Numbered from the stretch's first letter, positions 28,584 to 39,604 are shown. The stretch is 64,000 nucleotides of DNA from Candidatus Multivorans sp. (GCA_965224025.1 OZ245033.1:3488001-3552000); one strand, 5' to 3'. Notes: generated by a model not told the origin, from the sequence alone. Translations and numbers: made by a program.

Positions 28584-28590
28584 CCGCCTC

Positions 28591-31500
28591 CTAGCTGCCC
28601 CGGAGCGCCGGCAGCAACTCCTCCCGCGTTACCCGGCGAACCGCGGCGAGGCCGGCCAGGGTTCCGGCGGCCATCACCAGCAGCAGAGTCAGGCCGAGGG
28701 AGAGCCAAGGAACCAGTGCGTGGCCGCCGAGCAGGTGCGGGCTGACCGCGACCAGCGCCGAGGCGGCGCCGACCGCGACCCCCGCGGTCAGGACAAGGCC
28801 GTTCTCGGCCACGACGAGCCAGGCGAGGGCGCGCCGCCAGAAGCCGATCGCCTGCAGGGTCGCAAGTTCGCCGCGGCGCTCGAGCAGGTTCCGGAGCAGG
28901 ACGACCGCCAGTCCCAGCGTGCCGAGCAGGAGGCCGAGTCCGCCCAGGGTCTGGAACGTGCCGAGATACGTGTTCTCGACCGCCTGAAACGCCTGTAGCC
29001 GAGCTGCCGTGGGGACCGCGTCGAAGCCGAAGCCGCCGAGTGTTCGCTCGAGTTCCTCCACCGTGCGGTCCTGCTCGCCGGGCGGAGTCCGCAACAGGAA
29101 GTAGGAGGCGCCGGTCCGGCTCGGGAAATGCTCCGCCAGGTTCGCTTCCGAGATCACGAGTTCACTCTGAAACACGCTCTTGCGCAGCAGGCCGACCAGC
29201 CGCAGCTCGACCGTCTCGCCGCGTTCGGTCTCGATTTCGATTCCCTGCCCGATGCCCGAGTGCAGGATCCACATGACCGAGTTGAAATCGCCGATCGCGG
29301 GGATGACTCCGCGACCGAGATCCTTCTCCAGCAGCCTCCAGGGCTCGTCCCCGGCGCCGTCTACGAGCGACTGGAAGCGGAAGCCGCCCCGGGCGATCAG
29401 CTCCGGCGGGGCGCCCAGCAGCCGCGGACGCTCGGGCTGGAACAGGTTCAGGCAACTGATGTCGTCCCCGGGCACCGTGCGGAAGGCGACGACCTGGCTC
29501 CGTGCGATCAGCTCGGAGGCCTCCTCCCCGAAACCCAACTCGAAACGACCGTCCACGCTGGTCAGGTCCGCGAGAACCGAAACATCCGACTCCGCGACCA
29601 GGTCGAAGCCGCCGGCGCCCGATTCCAGGTCCCGCGTTTCCTCGCCGAAGCGCAGGCCGTAGGCGCCCACGGCAACGATCACGAACGACGCGCTGGCCAC
29701 CAGAGCCGCGCAGAGCAGGCTGCGGCCCGGGTTGAGAGACGCGTTCGCCGCCGCCATGCGCGAGCCGGCGCGCAGCGACCAGCTCTCGAGCGGCGCCGCC
29801 GGGCGCCGCCGGAGCCAGAGAGTGAAGCCCGCCAGCCCGGCGATCAGGAGGCAGGCCCCGCCGCCGAAGAACAGGTAGGCTCCGATGGACGCCGGCGCCG
29901 CCGCTGAGCCTCCGAGCAGCACGGCGGCGACCGCGCCGCCGACACTTGCTGTCCAGCGGGCTCGCCGACCCGGTACCTTGGCCGCCGGCGGTCGGTCCGA
30001 GGTCTCGCCGCGCAGCAGCCGGATCGGGGAAACGGCGGCAAGCCGACCGACTGCGCCGCGGACGGCGAACAGCACGACCAGAATGGAGGCCGCGCCGCCC
30101 ATGGCCAGCGTCAGGGGCTCGACGTGCAGATAGAGGTGGCTCGAACCGACCGCGGATCGCCACAGGGTCCGCAGCGCGGCCATCATCGCGCCGGCATAGA
30201 GCACCGCGCCCCCGAGGCCAAGCAGCACGCCCGCACCGCCCAGCAACGCTCCCTCGACCAGGAAACGGCGCCGGACGCGCACAACGCCGTAGCCGAGCGC
30301 CAGCAGCAGGCCCATTTCGTTCGCGCGGCTCTCAGTTCCCAAGCGGAAGAAGAGCCCCACCAGGAGCCCGGCCGAGACGATGAGAAACAGGCTGAAGCCC
30401 AGGAAGAGGCCGCCGAAGTCCGTGGCGCCCGAGGCGCCGCGCAGGCCCGCGGCCTTCACCGGCTCGACCGCGAGGCCGGCCGCGTGGAGGGCGATCCTCT
30501 CCGGCAACTCCTCCTCGAGCGTTGCCCGGAGCTGCTCGGGCGTGACGCCGGCCGGCGGCAGCAGCCGCAGCGAGGTCAGGAAACCGAAACGGCTCGACCA
30601 GAGCTCGGCGCCGTAGTCGAGGCCGACGAACAGCTTGGGGGTGGCGCGGTACTCGTCCCAGTAGGCCTCGTCCAGATCCCGGATCCGGCTCAGGTCGACC
30701 GGGAAGGTCGGATCCCAGTCGCTCATGTTGTCGGCGTCAGCGACCCCGGGGAAGTCCGGCGTCAGCGTCCGGTCGCCGCCCCAGCCCGTCATCTCGACCA
30801 CCCCCGCCACCCTGGTCTCGACCGTCCGCTCGACCAACTGCTCCCGGTCGCCAAGCTGGAAGAACTCGATCGCCAGGCGGTCGCCTGCTACGACCGAGAG
30901 ATCCTCGGCCAGGAACGAGTTGACCAGGACTTCGGCCCGCGCCAGCGCCGGGGCCGGGCGGCTGTCCGTCAGTCGCAGGGCCCCCAGTTCACCCGCCCGC
31001 GCCACGTCAAGCGCCGCGATCGTCGAGTAGGGAGCGGCGGCGCCGCTCTCGGCCGCGGCCCGGTTGGCGAGGTAGGTCGAGATTGCGATCGTCTCGGCGC
31101 CGCGCTCCGATGCCGCGGCCTCGACCTCCCCGGCCAACTCGGCGCCGAGGATGATCTGGGATGTGGTGACCAGCAGATGGTCGTCCGTCGCCTCGAGCGT
31201 GAGTCCAAAGTCCGCCACCTGGGCGTGGGCCCGAACGACACGTTCGACATCGGCCGCCGCGGCCTCCGGATCGGCGGCCGCCCCGCCATCGCCATCCGCC
31301 CGCTCCCCGACCAGCAGCGAGTTCACGAGGTTGCGCCGATCAAGCTCCCGCTGCAGGTCGCGCAGGCGGAGATAGCCGATGAGCGGCTGGCTCTGGTGCG
31401 GGGCGAGCTGGAAGCGGCCGGGCCCCTCGTCCTCCAGCACCGAGACCACGCTCAGCCGCACGCTCTCCAACTGGTCTTCCGGGTCCTTCTCGCCCATCAG

Positions 31501-32031
31501 GCTTGCCCGCGGCGCTTCGCTCGGCCGCTCCAGGTAGAGCACCACGGAGTCGCCGGGCTCGACGGCGAGAGCCGAGGCGAGGGACCGGTTGATCGCCAGC
31601 GACGCGAATAGTTGACCGTCCCGCCGGGACAGGTCGAGGACCTCGTCCATGCCCGGGAAGAAGGCGGCGAAGCCGTCGTCGATGCCCTGGACGGCGACCC
31701 GGGCCGCGCGCCGGCCGCTCTCCGGCGCCACCACGCTGCCTTGCATCAGAATCGCCGCCGACACCGGGCCGTAGCGGGCGGAAAACTCGGGATCCCCCAT
31801 CAGTTCATCCCGCAACCGCTCCCGGAAGAAGCCCGCGCCGAGCAGCGCGTGATCAATGCCGCCGAGACGGTCCAGCGTCAGGTCGCGCAGGCTGCCGCGC
31901 ACCGAGTCGCCCACCATCAGAGCCCCGGTGAGCACCGACGCCGCCACCGCCGCGGTCAGCACCACGGCGACGTTCGAGCGCCAGTAGTGCCGCAGACTGG
32001 GAAGAAGCCCGCTGGGCCTGGCGGCACCCAC
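28591..32031 (-). CDS. Large FtsX/MacB-like ABC transporter permease (duplicated)
   Basis: HYWRSN...VLTGALMVGDSVRGSLR; two FtsX-like TM blocks (EMGLLLALG; ERRGELATLQAIG); GTG at 32031. Confidence 0.88.
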   Translation of the reverse strand: MGAARPSGLLPSLRHYWRSNVAVVLTAAVAASVLTGALMVGDSVRGSLRDLTLDRLGGIDHALLGAGFFRERLRDELMGDPEFSARYGPVSAAILMQGSVVAPESGRRAARVAVQGIDDGFAAFFPGMDEVLDLSRRDGQLFASLAINRSLASALAVEPGDSVVLYLERPSEAPRASLMGEKDPEDQLESVRLSVVSVLEDEGPGRFQLAPHQSQPLIGYLRLRDLQRELDRRNLVNSLLVGERADGDGGAAADPEAAAADVERVVRAHAQVADFGLTLEATDDHLLVTTSQIILGAELAGEVEAAASERGAETIAISTYLANRAAAESGAAAPYSTIAALDVARAGELGALRLTDSRPAPALARAEVLVNSFLAEDLSVVAGDRLAIEFFQLGDREQLVERTVETRVAGVVEMTGWGGDRTLTPDFPGVADADNMSDWDPTFPVDLSRIRDLDEAYWDEYRATPKLFVGLDYGAELWSSRFGFLTSLRLLPPAGVTPEQLRATLEEELPERIALHAAGLAVEPVKAAGLRGASGATDFGGLFLGFSLFLIVSAGLLVGLFFRLGTESRANEMGLLLALGYGVVRVRRRFLVEGALLGGAGVLLGLGGAVLYAGAMMAALRTLWRSAVGSSHLYLHVEPLTLAMGGAASILVVLFAVRGAVGRLAAVSPIRLLRGETSDRPPAAKVPGRRARWTASVGGAVAAVLLGGSAAAPASIGAYLFFGGGACLLIAGLAGFTLWLRRRPAAPLESWSLRAGSRMAAANASLNPGRSLLCAALVASASFVIVAVGAYGLRFGEETRDLESGAGGFDLVAESDVSVLADLTSVDGRFELGFGEEASELIARSQVVAFRTVPGDDISCLNLFQPERPRLLGAPPELIARGGFRFQSLVDGAGDEPWRLLEKDLGRGVIPAIGDFNSVMWILHSGIGQGIEIETERGETVELRLVGLLRKSVFQSELVISEANLAEHFPSRTGASYFLLRTPPGEQDRTVEELERTLGGFGFDAVPTAARLQAFQAVENTYLGTFQTLGGLGLLLGTLGLAVVLLRNLLERRGELATLQAIGFWRRALAWLVVAENGLVLTAGVAVGAASALVAVSPHLLGGHALVPWLSLGLTLLLVMAAGTLAGLAAVRRVTREELLPALRGS

Positions 32032-32035
32032 GCTT

Positions 32036-32737
32036 TCAGTCTCCGGTCGCCCGCGCCGGCGGCGGCTCCCCGAGCAGGCCGCCCCGCAACTCGACCCGCC
32101 GCGGCAGGCGCGCCGCCAGTTCGAGGCTGTGGGTGACGACGATGAGGGCGCTGTCGCCCTCATCGTGAAGTGCGAACAGCAGATCGGCCACCGCCGCGGC
32201 GGTCTCGGCGTCCAGATTGCCGGTCGGCTCGTCGCACAGGAGCAGGCTCGGCCGGTTGATCAGCGCGCGAACGATGGCGGCGCGCTGCCGCTCACCGCCC
32301 GACAACTGCGCCGGCCGGTGGTCCACGCGGGCGCCGAGGCCCACGGCCTGGAGCAGGCGCCGGGCACGCTCCTCCGCACCGTTCTCACCGCCTCCGGCAG
32401 CCACGGTGGGAAGAAGCACGTTCTGCAGCATCGTGTACTGCGGCAACAGGTAATGATCCTGGAACACCAGGCCGACGCGACGGCTCCTGAACGCCGCCAG
32501 TTCGCGTTCGGGCAGGTCGTGGGCAGCCTCGCCGCCGATCCGGATGCGGCCGGAGGTCGGTTTCTCGAGCGTCGCGGCGAGATGCAGCAGGGTGCTCTTG
32601 CCGCTTCCCGAGGGCCCGGTCACGGCCATGGCTTCCCCCGTCTCGAGCACGAAGGAGATGCCGCGCAGGACCTCCAGGGCGCCCGCCTCGGTCTCGTAGG
32701 ACCTGGTGACCGCCTCGAACTCGACCGCCTCCGACAT
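32036..32737 (-). CDS. LolD/MacB-type ABC ATP-binding protein
   Basis: GPSGSGKST, HRPAQLSGGERQR, LCDEPTGNLD; start MSEAVEF at 32737. Confidence 0.93.
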   Translation of the reverse strand: MSEAVEFEAVTRSYETEAGALEVLRGISFVLETGEAMAVTGPSGSGKSTLLHLAATLEKPTSGRIRIGGEAAHDLPERELAAFRSRRVGLVFQDHYLLPQYTMLQNVLLPTVAAGGGENGAEERARRLLQAVGLGARVDHRPAQLSGGERQRAAIVRALINRPSLLLCDEPTGNLDAETAAAVADLLFALHDEGDSALIVVTHSLELAARLPRRVELRGGLLGEPPPARATGD

Positions 32738-32861
32738 CGCCCACGGACAATAGCAACTGGCGCCCGGCGGCCTGGTACGGGCGCCGCACACCGGGCCGGC
32801 GTGCGCTCGAGCCACCAATCCCAGTCGAGGGCGACGACCGAAGACTACCGACCCTGCCGCT

Positions 32862-35800
32862 TCACTCCACCTCGAAGTGAATCACTTCCGTGAAGTCGTG
32901 GGAAACGAAGTTGCTTGCCCGGTCGTAGAGCGTCATGTCGGAAACCCCCCAGATTCCCGGCGCCGAGCCCGGCGGCAGGACATGCACCACGAAGTGCACC
33001 TTCCACTCGTGGGGATCATCTCGCGGAAAGACCAAATCGCTCTCGTCATCCTTGGTCCAGACATGGTGGGTTATGCCCTGTGGATCGAGAAAGTCGATCC
33101 CTGCGTGCGTATAGCCCGAAATGTCGTCGCGGACGCGAAACCTCAGCCTGACGACCGTTTCACCGTTCGGTTGATCGGGATTCGTGGGCTCCGCGTCGAC
33201 ACTTATCCTGTTCAAATCGAGCTCGGGCGCCTCTGTGTCCGGGTTGGCCGTATCGAGTCGGATGCGTTGAGGCGCTTCGTCCCTGGTCCTCCTCGGTGAA
33301 GAAGACGCGAGTCCAATTGTGGGCCCGATCGCCCATCTTTATGTGGTTCAGGGAGTAGGTCGAAGACGGCATGTAGTCCGGCATGAGAAAGTCCACCTTG
33401 CACAGCTTCTCCGCAGGCCGGAAGTCGTCGTACTTTTCCAGCCGATACGTGTTGGGAATCTCGTCGTTTATGGAGGCGTAGCATGCCTGGCGCTCCAACA
33501 TCACGTTGTTCTCGTCCACCCGCCAACTCGCCTCGATCGACTGAACAACCCGGCCCTCTATTACGTCCTGGCCCTTGCTCAGACGCGCTGATCGAGGAAC
33601 ATACTCAGGCGCCGTCCAGTCCTCGAGGGCGTTGTCGATGTAGAGCTTCCATCCAAAGTCCGCATTCCGCTGGAACCGTTGATTGCCGCTCGGATCGGTG
33701 ATGACGAGCTGCGACGCAAACCAGTAGCCTGCCTTGGTGTGCTTGCTCAGCGTCGTCTTGCCAACAAGAACGGTGCTCACCTCGGCGTCGTTGCCGTTCT
33801 CGTCTACGGGGTAGAAATGCAGCTCGAAGAAGGTACCCGTACTGCTCATCACCCGCGTGTATGCACGGGCGGCGCCCTCGAGAATCCTGTCGAGCGCATG
33901 CAATTCGAGTTCAATGTGGACTTCCTTGTCTTCGTCCGGTCCGCCCGTCACGGCGATGTCCACACGACGAACCTTGCCGGGAAACACATAGTCGGGGAAC
34001 AGGTTGTACACGGTGAACGTCAAGTCCTCCCGGATCTGCGAGATGTACAGATTTCCCTGCATGATCCGGTCCCGCACGAACTCGTACTTGGCAACGGATC
34101 GGGACCTCAACTTGTCCGGCTCGATGATGAAGTACGAGATGGTCTCGGCCATGTCCTCGTTGGGGTTCTTCTCGTGCCCGTACGCGGAAACGAACTCCGT
34201 CTGCTTGGTGGTGGACCAGTTGGACGGGCTTTCCGGATCCCGATACCAGCCGCCAAGTTCGATCCACTCGTCCCGGGTCGCCTGGTCAAAGACATGAGCC
34301 CAGAGAAAGTGCGCTTTCTCGTGGATCACCAGGCGCTGGATGTGGTCGACGTCGCTCGAAAGGAAGGCGCTGTCCATGAACTCGATGTAGCCCGCGCCCG
34401 GCCAGGCGACGGCCGGCGCCTCCGGGTACAGGGGATGAGGCGTGCCGTCGAGGCGCCGGATGAGGTGCTTGAGGCCCTGCGTCTTGTGCATGCCGCTTGG
34501 AAACTCCTCAAGCATGTTGAGCAAGGTGTTGATCTCCTCGGCGTGGAAGCGCTGGAAACGCCCCGGACCTTCGTTGCCGGTCGGCCACGTGAGAGCGGCG
34601 TAGTCGGTTATCTCCGTCGTGACGCCGTAACGTTCCCGGAAGATTCTCTCGTAGGCGCCTCGGTCGCGGCCGTTGTCCGTCACGTAGCGCACGAGTGCGT
34701 GGTGCAGTCGTTTCGAGAACCAGATTCCCCGCTTTCCGTCCACCGTGACCACGCGCGGATTCGCATTCACGAAGGCGGCCTCGGAAACCAGGACGGCGGG
34801 GAAACCCCGGTCGGTCCTGACCTGGATGTCGCCGTGAAGGAAGCTGGGCGTCAGCAGCCACTGAGAAGGAGCCAGTGACTGTTCGCCGTAATGACTCATC
34901 ACCTCTTGCGGGATGGAACGGATGGTCGTCAGCAGCCGCCAGGCGTGTTCCTGCGACCAGGAAGCGTCGTCGGAATCCACGAGCAGAATGTTGTAGTCAT
35001 GTGCCAGGATGTTCGCGGACGAGTTGTCGGCCACGGTGACCGTTTCACCTTCGAACTCGACCTCGAGTCGTCTGTTGACGGCCGCCGAATACTCGGTGCC
35101 CGCGGTGCTCTGATCCTCTTCCCAGTGGAAGACGAACGGGTCCGCAGGAATCGGCGTCAGGTCGAACGGTTCGAAGGGATCCGTATGCGGAAGAGTGATC
35201 AGCCGTGCCGGCGTGGCGCGGTAGCCCTCCGCGTGCACCTTGACGGCGTACTTGCCGGCGGCGAGGTCATGGAATCCGAACCAGCCGGAAGGGTTTGGGT
35301 TCGTGACCCGGAGAACGCTCTTGGCGGTAAGCAGCACTTCGACGTCCTCGTAGGCGCCGCGATAGCCGATGACCTGGCCCTCGAACGAGTGCTCTCCTTC
35401 GGCGGGGTCGTCGTCGGCACAGGCGAACGCCTCGAGGTCGCTCCTCGCCGCGGCGGTCTGGTTGAGGCGGTTCGTGTGCGTCCAGGCGGTACCGCCGCCG
35501 AGTCGCTCGATCGAGAGGTTGAACGCGAGAGTCGTCACCGGCGCGACGAACGCCCAACGGTGGCCATTGACGGCACACCCGTCGAGCACCTTGATCAGTA
35601 CCTCGGCATTGTCGCGCTCGAAGAAGTACAGGATGGCTGATTGCCGGGAGTTCAGATCGTAGTCCCGCACCTCCTCCAGCACCGGTTCGCCATCTCTGAG
35701 GTGTTCGACGCACATGTTGACAATGAAGCCGCTGCTGAGAGTCGTCACGGGTCTGGGCACGCAATCCGTGGTTCCGCCGGCGCCGATGCTCCGAGTGTCA

Positions 35801-36423
35801 GCGATCCGCGGCGGCGACGGAGCGCCGGCGGGCGTCAGTGACGTCTGTGAAGCCGGCCAAGCCGGAAAGTCCGCATCGACGAGGTCTACTCCATTGATGC
35901 CGCCGCTGCGAGCCGCCGTGACCGTGGAGGAATCAGCCGGATTGCAGGGGAAGGCTAGAAGGTCGCTCTTTGTCGTCGCGGTTTGACCGCCGCGCGGGTT
36001 CCGGTGCACCCAGGACTTCCCGGTAGCCGTCTCGTCGACGCGCAGGTTGAACGCCAGCGTCGTCACCGGCGCCACGAACACCCACCGGTGGTCGTTTACC
36101 TTACAGGCGTCGAGCACCTTGATCAGCACCTCGGCGTTGTCCGGATCGAAGAAGTAGAGAAGGCCCGACTCCCGCGACCCGAGCCCGAAATCGAACGCGT
36201 CCGCGCGCACCGACTCGCCGTCTCTTTCGTACTCGATGCACATGCTCACCGTGTACCCGTGTTCGAACGTGATCTGCGGCGCCGACGGCACGCAATCGGT
36301 GTACGTAGCTGGTTCCGCGGCCGTCCGCGAGATGCCGCCGGTCTCGGTGCCGATGGTCTGACCTTGAACGGTCCCCGCGCCCGTCAACGCCAGCACGCAC
36401 ATCGGGAAGAGCTTCTTTCGCAC
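32862..36423 (-). pseudogene. Large secreted Zn-metallopeptidase-like protein, frameshifted near 33281-33295 (pseudogene or sequence error)
   Basis: ORF 33160-36423 has a signal peptide, two repeat domains, HEKAH and VSAYGHEKNPNEDMAE. Coding-like sequence continues in another frame (DEAPQRIRLDTANPDTEAPELDLNRI...DFTEVIHFEVE) to 32862. Confidence 0.7.
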
Positions 36424-36474
36424 GGGGCCTCCTCTTGCCTACGCCGAACTGCTGCCAAGAAGATGCCAACAACT

Positions 36475-37866
36475 TTATGGGACGCCTTCCGGCGCGTCAA
36501 ACAGGCCAGAATCTCCCGCGCCGCTGGCTACGGAAGGCTTGACCGCGGCGCGCCGGGCGAACCCACGCCGATAACAGGCCAGTGTCGCCTCCGCCATCTC
36601 GCCCGCCGAGTAGTGGCGGCGCACTCCTTCCTTCCCCGACCGCCCGAGTTGGTTCCTGCGCTCCGCGTCTCCGGCCAACTGCTCGACGGCATCCGCCAGC
36701 GCCGATGGATCGCCGGCCGGAACCAGCGTGCCCCCGCCGGTCATCTCGAGCATCTCGGGGAAGGCGCCGTGGTCGGGCAGAACGGCGGGTACGCCATTGG
36801 CCATCGCCTCCAGCGCCGGCAGCCCCTTCGCCTCCCGGTAGACCGTGGGCAAGACGAGCACGTGCAGACTTTGGAGAAGATCGATCTTCTCCCGACGCTC
36901 CACCTCGCCGAGCCACTCGAAGTGCGGCGCAAGGCCCCAGTCGCCGACACGCCGGCGCTGGAGCTCGAAGTAGGTCCGATCGCGGCCGCCCAGGTAACCC
37001 GCGGCACGGAACCGGACTCGACCGGGACCCAGGCGTCCGCTCAACTCCTTGAACGCCTCGGCCGCGAGATGGAACCCCTTCTCGGGGCACATCCGCGCCA
37101 GGTAGCCCATGATCAGCGGCGACTCGTCCGGTTCCGCGGTGCGGTTTCCGTGTCCCTCGAGGTCGATACCCAGGCGGGCGACGTCGATGCGGGACGGCGG
37201 CAGGTCGAGCAGCTCGGTCATGGTCGCCGCGTAGTAGTCGTTCGGGGCGACGAGCACGTCGGCCTCGCGAACCCGGCGCCGCATTTCGGCGAGGACCTGC
37301 GACCGGTGCGGCTCCTCGAGATCCTCGAGGAAGATGTCCTCCCCCTGGAGGCCGCAGACGATGAGCGTCTGGGGCAGCACTTCGCGGAGGTGGTGGACCA
37401 TCCCCAGGAGCATCGAGTTCGTCAGATGAACGACATCGGGCTGGAACTCGCCGGCGAGCCACTTTGCCAGACCCTCGAGCTCCGCCAGTTGGCGGCCCGC
37501 CTCTCCGCGCACCATGGAAAGGGCCAGCTCGCCCAACTGGCGGGCATCGGTCGCTCCGGCCGAACGCGTCAACCGCGCCAGGAGACGCGGGTTGTCGAGC
37601 AGCCGCCGCAGTCCCGCGGGCGCCCGGCTCCAGAACGGCAGTTTCTGCTCCAGGTAGATGTTCACGGCGCCGTAGAAGACCCGGCCGTAGCTGACGTTCT
37701 CCTCGTCGGTTCGCAGCGGCGTATAGATCGGCAGCAGGAGCGCGTTGTGCCCCTGCTGCTGGAACGCGCGCACCAGGGCATTGTCGTGGATGCAGCTCCC
37801 GCAGATCATGCCGCCGGCGCCCGCCGCCAGATAGGCGATCCGCAGCGGTTCGCCTTTGCCGGTCAT
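36475..37866 (-). CDS. Glycosyltransferase family 4 (GT-B) with N-terminal CGSC motif
   Basis: MTGKGEPLRIAYLAAGAGGMICGSCIHDN, ARMCPEKG, EAKGLPALEAMANGVP; start overlaps the SSS stop. Confidence 0.9.
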   Translation of the reverse strand: MTGKGEPLRIAYLAAGAGGMICGSCIHDNALVRAFQQQGHNALLLPIYTPLRTDEENVSYGRVFYGAVNIYLEQKLPFWSRAPAGLRRLLDNPRLLARLTRSAGATDARQLGELALSMVRGEAGRQLAELEGLAKWLAGEFQPDVVHLTNSMLLGMVHHLREVLPQTLIVCGLQGEDIFLEDLEEPHRSQVLAEMRRRVREADVLVAPNDYYAATMTELLDLPPSRIDVARLGIDLEGHGNRTAEPDESPLIMGYLARMCPEKGFHLAAEAFKELSGRLGPGRVRFRAAGYLGGRDRTYFELQRRRVGDWGLAPHFEWLGEVERREKIDLLQSLHVLVLPTVYREAKGLPALEAMANGVPAVLPDHGAFPEMLEMTGGGTLVPAGDPSALADAVEQLAGDAERRNQLGRSGKEGVRRHYSAGEMAEATLACYRRGFARRAAVKPSVASGAGDSGLFDAPEGVP

Positions 37867-39320
37867 GGGATGAAGCGTGCCACGCGTTCCGGCACGGGCG
37901 GTCTGCTGAACAGGGAACCGAGGACCATCGCGACTATCGAGCCGGCGAAGATGACGGCCACCGGCATGACGCCCGTGCCGCCCACGCTGTAGTCCGGTTG
38001 ACCGAACCCGCGAGCGAAGAACCAGGTCCAGAGAACGATCACGGTGACGATCGCGGCGGTCGCGCCCGCAGCCGTGCTGCGCCGCCAGTAGAGGGCCGCG
38101 ACGACGACGGGCAACAGGGAGGCGAAGCCCGTGAACGACCACACCGAGAGGGCGAAGATGCTCCGCTCGGCGACCAGGGAGAGGAGGAAGACGACCGTCA
38201 CGACACCGACCACGAACAGCCGGCCCAGCAGGATTTGGCGGGATTCGCTGAGCTCGCCGCCCAAACGGTAGTGGCGCACGATGTCCTGGGTGAACATCGT
38301 GCCCAGGGACAGCGACTGCGAGTCGAGCGACGACATGATCGCGGCGAACACGCCTGCGCCGAGCAGGCCGGCGAGAAGATCGGGAGTGTAGAGGGTGATC
38401 ATCCGGATCAGGACCGAGTTGGACGCCGGCCCCTCGAGCCCCGGAAAGTCGATGTTCCCGAACACGCCCAGCAGGACGCTCGGGATCCACACCACGGCGA
38501 TGCACACTGGGTAGAGCACGACCGGCGCCTTGAAGGTCGCCGCGCGCCGCGCGGAAAGCCAGTGCGAGAAGATGTGCGGGAACGTGCCCACCGACAGCGG
38601 GATCAAGGTATAGGTCAGAAGGCGCAGCGGGTGAATCGCGCCGCCGCGCACCAGGAGTTCCGGGCGGCTCTCCGCTACCCGGTCGAGCGCCGGTCCCACG
38701 CCGCCGAGTCTGGTCACGATCAGAATCGCCGTCGCCGCGCCCAGGAGCATGAACATCATGGTCTGGAAAGTGTTGACCCAGGCGGTTCCGCGCAGACCGC
38801 CGCTCGTCACGTAGCCGACCACGACGCCCGAGATCAGCAGACCGCCCAGCCAGGACGGCGCCGCGCCGCCGGTGATCTGCTGGAGCGTGATGCCGCCGCC
38901 CATCACGCCGATCAGCAGGTAGGGCGCCAGCAGGAGGACGAGCACGACGAACAGCAGCAGACCGACCGCGTCCGAGCCCCAGCGGGCCCGCACGAACTGC
39001 ACCTGCGTCAGGAGCCCCAGACGGCTGCCGACCGCCCACACCCGGGTGCCGACGAAGAAGAACACGAGCGGCACCATCAGCGCCGACGACGACGCCATCA
39101 GGGCAAACACGCCGATGCCGACCCGGTACGACTCCGCCGAGGCGCCGAGCAGAGCGAACGACGTCATGTGGGTGCCGAACAGCGTCATCAGGAGTACGAA
39201 CGGACCGATCGTCCGTCCCGCGACGAAGAAATCCTCACCGGTCGCGGCCAGGCGCCGGCTGCTCCAGGCGCCGATCACGAGCACGGCCAGGAGATAGCCG
39301 AAGATGATGGCCAGGATCAT
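37863..39320 (-). CDS. Sodium:solute symporter (SSS) family protein
   Basis: EDFFVAGRTIGP, GGLRGTAWVN, AAIMSSLDSQ; start MILAIIFG at 39320. Confidence 0.92.
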   Translation of the reverse strand: MILAIIFGYLLAVLVIGAWSSRRLAATGEDFFVAGRTIGPFVLLMTLFGTHMTSFALLGASAESYRVGIGVFALMASSSALMVPLVFFFVGTRVWAVGSRLGLLTQVQFVRARWGSDAVGLLLFVVLVLLLAPYLLIGVMGGGITLQQITGGAAPSWLGGLLISGVVVGYVTSGGLRGTAWVNTFQTMMFMLLGAATAILIVTRLGGVGPALDRVAESRPELLVRGGAIHPLRLLTYTLIPLSVGTFPHIFSHWLSARRAATFKAPVVLYPVCIAVVWIPSVLLGVFGNIDFPGLEGPASNSVLIRMITLYTPDLLAGLLGAGVFAAIMSSLDSQSLSLGTMFTQDIVRHYRLGGELSESRQILLGRLFVVGVVTVVFLLSLVAERSIFALSVWSFTGFASLLPVVVAALYWRRSTAAGATAAIVTVIVLWTWFFARGFGQPDYSVGGTGVMPVAVIFAGSIVAMVLGSLFSRPPVPERVARFIP

Positions 39321-39604
39321 CCGGCGCCTTCCCGAAACGCCGCCGCGCTCCCTCCGCCGGCGTCCGCGGCCTCCCCCGAGCCCGTACCGGTCGCCAGGCG
39401 ATCGAGTTCGGCGGCGGGCCAGGCGCTTCGAACCAGCCACCACATGGTCGCAACCACCGCGGCCGAGAACAGGATGTGGTAGGTCAGTCCGATCGGCGGC
39501 CCGAGGAACCGGCTGCCGTCATTCCAGAACCAGAGGTCGTTGTGGAGGAGGTACAGGACCGGCAGCGCCGCGTACGCCAGCCGCCGAACCGCCGTCGCCG
39601 CCAT
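39317..39604 (-). CDS. DUF3311-type small membrane protein (SSS partner)
   Basis: LYLLHNDLWFWND...LGPPIGLTYHI, two TM segments, directly upstream of the SSS gene. Confidence 0.8.
   Translation of the reverse strand: MAATAVRRLAYAALPVLYLLHNDLWFWNDGSRFLGPPIGLTYHILFSAAVVATMWWLVRSAWPAAELDRLATGTGSGEAADAGGGSAAAFREGAG

Noticed and set aside
37867-39039. Long N-terminal extensions of track ORFs (36475..39039, 45077..47938, 6061..7977, 5111..6538, 50741..52222, 39317..40093)
   Set aside because: The extensions overlap genuine upstream genes in another frame and are low-complexity Arg/Gly/Pro sequence; starts were trimmed and these are not fusions.
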